Positions 22,524 to 29,844 of a stretch of 64,000 bases of DNA are shown here, one piece after another. The position numbers and the translations under genes are program-made. The notes beneath the pieces were generated by a model. It made no database searches, was not told where the DNA came from, and saw nothing but the letters and a program-made list of their open reading frames with translations. This DNA comes from an uncultured Granulosicoccaceae bacterium (GTDB taxonomy: Bacteria; Pseudomonadota; Gammaproteobacteria; AKS1): the NCBI GenBank assembly GCA_964542925.1, contig CAZIWG010000003.1:10763-74762 (forward strand), read 5' to 3'. How positions within the stretch are numbered: the stretch's first letter is position 1; every line of letters begins with the position of its first letter.

Positions 22524-23288
22524 ATGATTAAAGACAGTATTCAGGGCGTCAAGTATTTTCTACATGGCTTTTCGCTTATTAGCAAACCCGGTATACGCCG
22601 CTTTGTGATTATTCCTTTTCTGCTTAACCTGCTCGTTTTTGCTTTGCTGATTAATTACAGTTACCAGCAATTTGGCGATCTACTCAGTTGGTTAATCCCT
22701 TCTGAAGACAGTTGGTTAAATTGGCTGCGCTGGATTCTAATACCGATCTTTTTCACTGTCGTTGCAGTAATCATGTTTTTCTTATTTACGATTGTCGCCA
22801 ATATTCTGAGTGCCCCCTTTGCTGCACCACTGGCAAGTGCTGTTGAGTTATACCTAACCGGAAATAAAGACGATAGTGCTTTTATCTGGCGTGATTTCAT
22901 TGCTTCAATCATTCCCAGTATTCTTTCTGAATTACAAAAAATGCTCTATTACATTGTGATCACATTACCGTTTATTATTTTATTTGTGATTGCCTTTTTT
23001 ATTCCATTACTTAATATCATTGCATCGATTGCCTGGCTGCTTGTCACTGCATGGATTTTGTCGGTGCAATATGCAGACTATGCTTTTGATAATCACAATA
23101 TTGCATTTAGCGATCTACGCCAGCGTTTAGGAAAACGACGCTTTCTCGCTTTTGGCTTTGGAGGTTCTACGATGTTAATGATGTCTATTCCAGTGCTAAA
23201 TTTTTTTCTTATTCCGGTTGCGATTGCAGGTGCAACCGCTATGTCACTGGATGAATTCAATATTGAAAAGAAATTAACTAAAACATGA
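22524..23288 (+). CDS. cysZ: CysZ-type sulfate transporter (EI24/CysZ family)
   Basis: MIKDSIQGVKYFLHGFSLISKPGIRRFVIIPFLLNLLVF... is a typical CysZ N-terminus. About 4 TM hairpins, 254 aa from the ATG at 22524. Confidence 0.85.
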   Translation: MIKDSIQGVKYFLHGFSLISKPGIRRFVIIPFLLNLLVFALLINYSYQQFGDLLSWLIPSEDSWLNWLRWILIPIFFTVVAVIMFFLFTIVANILSAPFAAPLASAVELYLTGNKDDSAFIWRDFIASIIPSILSELQKMLYYIVITLPFIILFVIAFFIPLLNIIASIAWLLVTAWILSVQYADYAFDNHNIAFSDLRQRLGKRRFLAFGFGGSTMLMMSIPVLNFFLIPVAIAGATAMSLDEFNIEKKLTKT

Positions 23289-23662
23289 GCCAAGAACACC
23301 TTCGCGAAGTAACTTGTGGTTTACAGCAAGATGGTAAGCTCCACAAGCGTTGGTTTAATTGTCAGTCAGCCGATTTATTTGCATGGCATCACGAAAAAAA
23401 ATTAGTTTGCTTTGAATTTTGTTACAACAAACATCGTGACGAACATTCTTTACGCTGGGAACATGGCGTTGGTTTTAGCCATGCACGCATTGATGATGGC
23501 GAAGACTATGCCTCAAAAAAATCATCACCTATCCTAGTTGCCGACGATCATATTAACAGTGATTATATTTACAAACAGTTCAAAAAACTTTCAAATAAAA
23601 TCGATATTGATATCCGGCTTTTTATTATGCGGAAATTACTGGGTATCGTTGTTGAGTACTAA
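23285..23662 (+). CDS. Hypothetical Cys/His-containing protein
   Basis: 125-aa ORF. ATGA start/stop overlap with cysZ suggests translational coupling. No family recognised. Confidence 0.45.
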   Translation: MSQEHLREVTCGLQQDGKLHKRWFNCQSADLFAWHHEKKLVCFEFCYNKHRDEHSLRWEHGVGFSHARIDDGEDYASKKSSPILVADDHINSDYIYKQFKKLSNKIDIDIRLFIMRKLLGIVVEY

Positions 23663-24831
23663 GCAACAAAGTCTTTTAATCTCTGTACGCCTTCATGTAA
23701 ATTTTCCATACCGGTTGTATAAGCAAAGCGAACATGTTTATTAGCTGCATAATCACCAAAATCAATGCCTGGTGTTATCGCTACACCTGCTTTTTCTAAT
23801 AACTCGCTGACAAATTGGTAACTATCTGAAGAAAATTTTTCACAGTTCGCGTACAAATAAAAAGCACCGTCAGGTGTTACAGGTATGTCAAAACCTATTT
23901 CACGCAATGCTGATAACAAATAATCTCGGCGCGCAGCAAATTCATCACGGCGCTGATCTAATAAACGTATTGTTTCAGGCTTAAAGGCAGCCAACGCTGC
24001 ATATTGCGCCACAGTAGGTGCTGCCAGAAATATATTTTGTGCCAGCCTATCTACAGCATCAATATAAGACTCTGGTACGACTAACCAACCTAAACGCCAA
24101 CCCGTCATCCCAAAATATTTAGAGAAACTATTAATCACAAAAATATCATCAGCAATCGCTAATGCAGTGTTCACTTTTACATCATAGGTTAAGCCATGGT
24201 AAATCTCATCCACGACCAAACAACCACCTTGCCCCTGCGCAAATTTATGCATGGCTTTTAGTTCGCTATCACTAACGACTGTGCCGGTTGGGTTTGAAGG
24301 TGATGCCAGCATTGCCGCCACGGTGTTACTTGTCCATGATGCTTTTAATAATTCACTGGTTAGTTGATAACGCGACTCAACGCCTACCTTGATCGCAATA
24401 CTTTTACCTTCATTGAGTCGAACGAAATGACGATTACATGGGTAACCCGGATCAGCTAACACCACTGCATCATCCGGGTTAATTAATACACTAAAAGCAA
24501 GCTGCAAGGCTCCCGATGCACCGGGGGTAATAATAATCCGCTTAGCGGGTACATCAACGTCATAATGATGTCGGTAATAATCGCTTATCGCTTCACGTAA
24601 TACTGGTAAGCCCATCGTCGGCGTGTAGTGTGTTTGTCCTGCCTGTAATGCTTCAATACCCGCATCGATAATTGGTTGTACCGTAACAAAATCTGGTTCA
24701 CCAATTTCCATGTGAATAATCGATCGCCCCTGCGCCTCCAGTTCACGTGCGCGCCCTAACAAGGCCATAACGTGAAATGGCTGAATATCATCAAGCCGAT
24801 CTGCGATGTGTGGCTTAAAACCGGATGCCAT
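23659..24831 (-). CDS. PLP-dependent aminotransferase, class I/II (aspartate/aromatic-type)
   Basis: 390 aa. ...ITPGASGALQLAF..., NPSNPTGTV, and SFSKYFGMTGWRLGW (PLP-Lys motif). Confidence 0.88.
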   Translation of the reverse strand: MASGFKPHIADRLDDIQPFHVMALLGRARELEAQGRSIIHMEIGEPDFVTVQPIIDAGIEALQAGQTHYTPTMGLPVLREAISDYYRHHYDVDVPAKRIIITPGASGALQLAFSVLINPDDAVVLADPGYPCNRHFVRLNEGKSIAIKVGVESRYQLTSELLKASWTSNTVAAMLASPSNPTGTVVSDSELKAMHKFAQGQGGCLVVDEIYHGLTYDVKVNTALAIADDIFVINSFSKYFGMTGWRLGWLVVPESYIDAVDRLAQNIFLAAPTVAQYAALAAFKPETIRLLDQRRDEFAARRDYLLSALREIGFDIPVTPDGAFYLYANCEKFSSDSYQFVSELLEKAGVAITPGIDFGDYAANKHVRFAYTTGMENLHEGVQRLKDFVA

Positions 24832-24833
24832 GA

Positions 24834-25592
24834 TTATTTAATGAGTGTCTTTAATAAATTAACATTCACAAATGACGCGTCACCTGCATCACCAGCCAGT
24901 ACAGTAAAGGCTTTATCCGGATCGCCTAAGTTGTCTAACACCAGACTCGCCTTAGAAAAATCATCTTGCTTCGTGTAGCCATTCACTGTCACGATTGTTT
25001 TTAAATTTGCACCCGCAGAAGAAAGTATACCGTTAAGAGAATCTTCAAAAGCGAGACATTCTTCCGCTGCCAATCCCATTTGTTCAAGTGCATAATCATA
25101 AATATCTGGCGCCGGTTTTTTTGCCGGAACAATATCGCCAGCCGCAATCACTTCAAACCAGTCCATAGATTCTGCACCCAATGTATGCGTCAACAAGGCT
25201 TCAACATTAACCGGTGTTGTAGTGGTCGCAATAGCTAAACGTAATCCTGCCTGACGCACTTCATCCAGTAATCGACGCACACCTGTTCGTAATGGAATCG
25301 CGCCTTTTTCAAGTAATTGGGTATAGTGCTTTGTCTTGGTTTTATGCAACTCAGCTATATAGGCCGCATCATCACCCGGCAATTCAATATCAGTACGGAA
25401 GTTATCCAGATAATAACGAATACGCTCCTTGCCTCCGGTAACGGCTAATAACTCCCCATAGAGCTCCTCGCTCCATTCCCAGTCCAATCCAGATTCTGCG
25501 AATGCCATATTGAAAGCCACACGATGCCCATCTCGCTCGGTATCCGCTAAAGTGCCATCCACATCAAATATTAGTGCTTGTAACGTCGTCAT
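24834..25592 (-). CDS. HAD-superfamily hydrolase, CbbY-type
   Basis: ALIFDVDGTLADTERDGHRVAFNMAF...GGKERIRYY... matches the CbbY/phosphatase subfamily of HAD (DxDGT motif I). 252 aa. Confidence 0.75.
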   Translation of the reverse strand: MTTLQALIFDVDGTLADTERDGHRVAFNMAFAESGLDWEWSEELYGELLAVTGGKERIRYYLDNFRTDIELPGDDAAYIAELHKTKTKHYTQLLEKGAIPLRTGVRRLLDEVRQAGLRLAIATTTTPVNVEALLTHTLGAESMDWFEVIAAGDIVPAKKPAPDIYDYALEQMGLAAEECLAFEDSLNGILSSAGANLKTIVTVNGYTKQDDFSKASLVLDNLGDPDKAFTVLAGDAGDASFVNVNLLKTLIK

Positions 25593-25690
25593 AATCTATA
25601 AACCTATGCAATCTAAGGAAATTATTAATAATCTAGCTATCATACCACCTGCCCAAGATATTTATTAGTTTCAACAATCTTTGATAGTTA

Positions 25691-25719
25691 TTGCTCAAAA
25701 GGCGATATTTTGGTATAAA
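25691..25719 (+). promoter_or_regulatory. Candidate sigma70 promoter of dksA
   Basis: TTGCTC (25691-25696), 17-nt spacer, TGgTATAAA extended -10 (25711-25719), about 50 nt upstream of the dksA ATG. Confidence 0.35.
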
Positions 25720-25767
25720 TCCCTGCTTAATTATTTGCAATCAATGCAAGAAACAGGACGCAAGTGT

Positions 25768-26505
25768 ATGGCTACAAAGAAAAAAGTGGCAAAGAAATCG
25801 ACAGCTAAGAAAGCGACAACAAAAAAGGCTACGACAAAAAAAGCCCCTGCGAAAAAAGCAGCGACGAAAAAGACAACGAGCAAAAAGAAAGTGGCTAAAA
25901 AAGCCCCTGCTAAGAAAGCGGCTGCGAAAAAAGCAGTGACTAAGAAAGCCCCTGCGAAAAAAACGGTCGCTAAAAAAGCAGTCGCCAAGAAAGCCCCTGC
26001 GAAAAAAACGGTCGCTAAAAAAGCAGTCGCCAAAAAGGCACCTGTAACAAAAGTAGCTCGCAAAGCAGCCTCGATCTCAACGCAAAATATAGAAGTACAA
26101 CCTCTCTATGGTGACCCTTATAAGTTCAAAAAGGGTGAGGAATATATGAACGATGCACAAGTTAAGCATTTTCATAATATTCTCAACGCGTGGAAAGCAG
26201 ATTTAATGCAAGAAGTAGATAGAACCGTGCATCACATGCAAGATGAGGCTGCCAATTTTCCTGACCCGAATGATCGCGCCTCACAAGAAACTGAGTTTGC
26301 ACTTGAGCTTCGTTCTCGTGACCGTGGCCGCAAACTGGTTAAGAAGATTGACGAGTCTATTGCCATGCTAAAAGTTGACGACTATGGCTACTGCGAAGTA
26401 TGTGGGGTCGAAATTGGTGTGCGCCGCCTTGAAGCCCGCCCGACGGCTAATCAATGTATCGATTGTAAGACACTTGATGAAATTAAAGAAAAACAGATGG
26501 GCTAA
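25768..26505 (+). CDS. dksA: RNA polymerase-binding transcription factor DksA with N-terminal Lys/Ala-rich (histone H1/AlgP-like) extension
   Basis: The C-terminal ~150 aa is canonical DksA: coiled-coil tip DEAANFPDPNDRASQETEF and Zn finger CEVCGVEIGVRRLEARPTANQCIDC. The N-terminal ~95 aa is AKK/TKK/PAKK repeats. AGGA lies 10 nt upstream of the ATG at 25768. gluQ is downstream as in E. coli. Confidence 0.93.
   Translation: MATKKKVAKKSTAKKATTKKATTKKAPAKKAATKKTTSKKKVAKKAPAKKAAAKKAVTKKAPAKKTVAKKAVAKKAPAKKTVAKKAVAKKAPVTKVARKAASISTQNIEVQPLYGDPYKFKKGEEYMNDAQVKHFHNILNAWKADLMQEVDRTVHHMQDEAANFPDPNDRASQETEFALELRSRDRGRKLVKKIDESIAMLKVDDYGYCEVCGVEIGVRRLEARPTANQCIDCKTLDEIKEKQMG
25942..26031 (+). repeat. 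Perfect 45-bp tandem duplication inside the dksA N-terminal repeat region
   Basis: aagaaagcccctgcgaaaaaaacggtcgctaaaaaagcagtcgcc occurs twice back to back (25942-25986 and 25987-26031). It encodes KKAPAKKTVAKKAVA twice. Confidence 0.9.
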
Positions 26506-26533
26506 GATGCTCATCAAACAGCAACAACTTAAA

Positions 26534-26562
26534 ATAGCGAGACAATGTCTCGCTATTTTTTT
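26534..26562 (+). terminator. Rho-independent terminator between dksA and gluQ
   Basis: ATAGCGAGAC-AAT-GTCTCGCTAT is a perfect 10-bp stem followed by T7. It lies 29 nt after the dksA stop and just upstream of the gluQ ATG at 26572. Confidence 0.85.
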
Positions 26563-26571
26563 AATATATGT

Positions 26572-27483
26572 ATGAATAAAAATTCGTACATAGGGCGGTT
26601 TGCCCCTTCTCCAACAGGGCCATTACACTTTGGCTCACTGGTTGCCGCCGTCAGTAGTTTCGCACAAGCCCGTGCTCACCAAGGTCAATGGTTAGTACGC
26701 ATTGAAGATGTTGATCTTCTGCGTTGCGATACCACTTCAACAACACTGATTCTCAATACACTGGCAGCCTACGGTATGCATTGGGATGACGAAATCATTT
26801 ATCAAAGCCAACGTGATGATGCTTATCAAACAGCACTCGATATACTGAAAAATAAAAACCTAAGCTATGGTTGCGCATGTAGCCGAAAAGATATTAACGA
26901 AAATACGACCTCTTCTGATACTGCATTGATCTATCCAGGTACTTGCAAACATGGTTTAGCAGAAGGGAAAATAGCTCGCTCTGTTCGATTACGCACCGAT
27001 GATCAGGAAATAAGTTTTAACGACATCGTGCAAGGATATTTTATACAACATATTTCTAAACAGGTTGGTGATTTTATTATTAAACGCACAGATGGGTTAT
27101 TTGCCTATCAACTTGCCGTAGTCGTTGACGACGCTGAGGAAAATATAACCGAGGTTGTACGTGGCAGCGATATGCTTGACTCCACACCACGACAAATATT
27201 ACTGCAACGATTATTAGGCTATTCAACACCGACTTACATGCACACACCCTTAGCGGTTAATTCTGATGGCCGTAAACTAAGCAAGCAAAACAGAGCGCCG
27301 GCGATTGAAGTTAACGATCCACGCCCAACACTACTAAAAGCACTTAATTTTCTTGGCCAACAGCCCCCTGGCGAACTACGAAACAGCGATATTGATAGCA
27401 TCTGGGAATGGGTAATTAAACATTGGTCAGCTGTGGCTATTCCCGCGCAACACAGCATCACCTATAATGAAAGCCATGAATAA
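26572..27483 (+). CDS. gluQ: Glutamyl-Q tRNA(Asp) synthetase
   Basis: YIGRFAPSPTGPLHFGSL (HIGH-type motif), truncated GluRS catalytic domain of about 300 aa, KLSKQ motif (GRKLSKQN). Conserved dksA-gluQ synteny. The start at 26572 avoids the terminator hairpin. Confidence 0.92.
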   Translation: MNKNSYIGRFAPSPTGPLHFGSLVAAVSSFAQARAHQGQWLVRIEDVDLLRCDTTSTTLILNTLAAYGMHWDDEIIYQSQRDDAYQTALDILKNKNLSYGCACSRKDINENTTSSDTALIYPGTCKHGLAEGKIARSVRLRTDDQEISFNDIVQGYFIQHISKQVGDFIIKRTDGLFAYQLAVVVDDAEENITEVVRGSDMLDSTPRQILLQRLLGYSTPTYMHTPLAVNSDGRKLSKQNRAPAIEVNDPRPTLLKALNFLGQQPPGELRNSDIDSIWEWVIKHWSAVAIPAQHSITYNESHE

Positions 27484-27904
27484 TTCGCACCCGTATAAAG
27501 TTGCCAGTCTCGGATTCCTAAAAGGTGTCAAACACTGGCATGAATTTGATACATTCTGGGAAAAACTGGAAACTCTCAACGATGGCCAATGGTACCTATA
27601 CGACACACATAAAACGCCGCCTACAACTACAATCAATGAAACTGATTTTTTAACTTTTCTAACATATACAAATCAATTACTTCATGAAAAACACAACGAA
27701 GAATATTGCGGCATTGTTTATGTCGATGACATAGAAAAACCTACGTTTATCAAGATTTATGATCCTGCAGACCTTGGTGTTGTCTGTGGCTTTAGTGATA
27801 ACCCTCCCCTCCCCGGATGGATCCTCTCTAAAATAAAGCCTTGCGATTTACACAAACCAGAACCTATTTCAGTGTGGAAGAAATACCTACACCGCTTTAC
27901 CTGA
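27467..27904 (+). CDS. Hypothetical protein
   Basis: 145-aa ORF that overlaps the gluQ 3' end by 17 nt. No family recognised. Confidence 0.45.
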   Translation: MKAMNNSHPYKVASLGFLKGVKHWHEFDTFWEKLETLNDGQWYLYDTHKTPPTTTINETDFLTFLTYTNQLLHEKHNEEYCGIVYVDDIEKPTFIKIYDPADLGVVCGFSDNPPLPGWILSKIKPCDLHKPEPISVWKKYLHRFT

Positions 27905-27908
27905 AAAT

Positions 27909-28304
27909 ATGTCAAACACAAAACCGTTCAAACCTGTATATTGTTTGTCGAACCCACATTTTCAAACTCTCTGGCCAAGTTTGTTTCGCCGCCCCATCAA
28001 ACTATCTCTACGACGAGAACGCATTGAATTGCCAGACGGTGATTCTATTGATCTCGATTGGGGATCCAACCCCAAAGGCTCGATAGCGATTATCTTTCAC
28101 GGCCAGGTCGTCATAGCCATTAATACTCCTACATTAATACTGCACGCTGAGGACGACCCTTTCCTTGAAAAATCAGCCATACCTGATGCATCAAACATCC
28201 CTGAACCCGTCTCACTTGAGCTTAGCCAGCATGGTGGGCACGTTGGTAAACAGGGATATTGGCTTGAGTAACGAATTCCTGATTTTTTAAGCCCTTTTAT
28301 TTAG
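27909..28304 (+). pseudogene. Alpha/beta-hydrolase (YheT-like) pseudogene: internal deletion plus in-frame stop
   Basis: The N-terminal ~65 aa (NPHFQTLWPSLFRRP...RIELPDGDSIDLDW...IIFHG) joins directly to the C-terminal ~50 aa (PTLILHAEDDPF...HGGHVG). The nucleophile-elbow region is absent. TAA at 28269-28271 interrupts ...YWLE*RIPDFLSPFI, which continues in frame. Confidence 0.75.
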
Positions 28305-28384
28305 ATAATTAGACAGTATTTTTTGTCTCAAGCGGCATTTTGAGATACATTATTCATTCAATAACAATAATATTAAGGTCAATA

Positions 28385-28867
28385 ATGCGTCGTTCCATTT
28401 CTAACATTAAAACCCACTTCATCACCGTTATATGCGTTGTATTATTAAGCATTAATTATACATCTGTCAGTGCGGATGAGCTCACTACAGACAACCTGCA
28501 ACAAACGGAATTTAGAGCATTAGCTAAACAAGTACTCAATGTCATGGATAAATGGGCGCGCTCGTGGGCTCAATTAGATCCCGTTGGTTATGTATCTAGT
28601 TATAGCCCTGATTATGTCGGCAAAGGCTTTCCTTCACATTTTGCATGGGCGGCCAATAGACAACAACGTTTACAGCAACAACAACAAATTCAACTCTCAT
28701 TAACTGATGTTTCGTTACGTTCAACAAAACAAGGCTATTTTACTGTTACATTTACACAAAAATACACTTCTGATACGTATAAGGATGTCACCGATAAAAA
28801 ATTAGAGTTTAAATTAATTGATGGTCAATGGTACATCGTAGCTGAAAAGATACTCACTAAAAAATAA
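28385..28867 (+). CDS. Secreted hypothetical protein, possibly NTF2-like fold
   Basis: Signal/TM segment THFITVICVVLLSINYTSVSA|DE. AAGG lies upstream of the ATG at 28385 (the ORF-track start 28340 is TTG). The C-terminal pattern ...FTVTFTQKYTSDTY...LIDGQWYIV resembles NTF2/SnoaL-like domains; weak. Confidence 0.5.
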   Translation: MRRSISNIKTHFITVICVVLLSINYTSVSADELTTDNLQQTEFRALAKQVLNVMDKWARSWAQLDPVGYVSSYSPDYVGKGFPSHFAWAANRQQRLQQQQQIQLSLTDVSLRSTKQGYFTVTFTQKYTSDTYKDVTDKKLEFKLIDGQWYIVAEKILTKK

Positions 28868-28874
28868 ATCTAAA

Positions 28875-29759
28875 ATGCAAAAAAATATAAAATATATTCT
28901 ATGTTCATTTTTAATCAGCACGTCACTAACTGTATATGCTGACCCCTTCCGTGACGGCATCGTTGCTTATCAGAAAAAACAATACCAACAAGCTCTCGAA
29001 GCTTGGCTACCGTTAGCAGAATCAGGACATGTACTCGCACAAACACTTGTCGGCAGTATGTATGCCTACGGTGAAGGTGTTGAGAAAAACGATAACGAAG
29101 CCTTAAAATGGCTATCTCTCGCTGCGAATACGGGTTCTGCGCAAGCGCAATACAATCTCGCAATTCTTTATGAAAAGGGTTTCGGCGTTAGTGCCAATAA
29201 AGAGCAAGCACTGAAATGGTTTAAAGCCGCTGCCGATCAAGGTCGCAAAGATGCTGCAACACGTCTTGCTTTGCTTGAAGACGAATCAGAGGCCGACAAG
29301 GTAACGACTCTAGAAACCCAATCAACTGAAACAGACAAACAACCTAACGACACTATCAATTTAGAACCTAAACCAACAAAACAACGTATTCATATTGTGC
29401 TCAATAGCAACGACCCTGAGCTATTGGGGCCACCTAACGTACAACCTGTTTCTTCTAATATATCAGAAGGTTACGGCAAAGATTGGGTAAATCAACAACC
29501 AATCAGCAACTACACGATACAACTTGCTGCCAGTATCGAGCCACGCTTAATTAAAGCCTTTAAAAAACACATTAACTTATCCGTACAATACGCAGACACC
29601 ACCTCAACACATAATGGCCGACAATGGCACGCGCTTATTTATGGTAGTTATGAAACAGTGCGGGAAGCAAAACAAGCCATAGCCGAATTCCCCGATGATT
29701 GGAAAACTTGGCAACCGTGGATTAAAACATTTTCATCAGTGAAGCATATTAAAGAATAA
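28875..29759 (+). CDS. Sel1-repeat (TPR-like) protein with C-terminal SPOR domain
   Basis: Signal peptide; three Sel1-type repeats (AQTLVGSMYAYGEGVEKNDNEALKWLSLAANTGSAQAQYNLAILYEKGFGVSANKEQALKWFKAAADQG); low-complexity linker; C-terminal SPOR-like YTIQLAAS...WHALIYGSYETVREAKQAI. Confidence 0.75.
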   Translation: MQKNIKYILCSFLISTSLTVYADPFRDGIVAYQKKQYQQALEAWLPLAESGHVLAQTLVGSMYAYGEGVEKNDNEALKWLSLAANTGSAQAQYNLAILYEKGFGVSANKEQALKWFKAAADQGRKDAATRLALLEDESEADKVTTLETQSTETDKQPNDTINLEPKPTKQRIHIVLNSNDPELLGPPNVQPVSSNISEGYGKDWVNQQPISNYTIQLAASIEPRLIKAFKKHINLSVQYADTTSTHNGRQWHALIYGSYETVREAKQAIAEFPDDWKTWQPWIKTFSSVKHIKE

Positions 29760-29794
29760 TGTCGTGAGCCTTTCAATTGGGTCAGACTCGATTG

Positions 29795-29825
29795 AAAAAA
29801 AAAGCCGCATAAGCGGCCTTTTTTA
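29795..29825. terminator. Bidirectional rho-independent terminator (downstream of pnp and of the Sel1/SPOR gene)
   Basis: A9-GCCGC-ATAA-GCGGC-CTTTTTT between convergent genes. Confidence 0.8.
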
Positions 29826-29844
29826 GAACCAATGTCAGTTAAGC

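Noticed and set aside
25780-26040. Possible CRISPR-like or other noncoding tandem array, because of the regular short repeats.
   Set aside because: The repeats are in frame, translate to a Lys/Ala-rich peptide continuous with DksA, have no unique spacers of CRISPR size, and no cas genes are in the window.
25731-26063. 110-aa minus-strand ORF rich in FLATAFFA repeats, and the +2-frame 82-aa ORF at 25691-25939.
   Set aside because: Both are mirror or shifted-frame readings of the AKK-repeat region of dksA. The low-complexity repeat keeps all frames open. The dksA frame is validated by the canonical DksA C-terminus.
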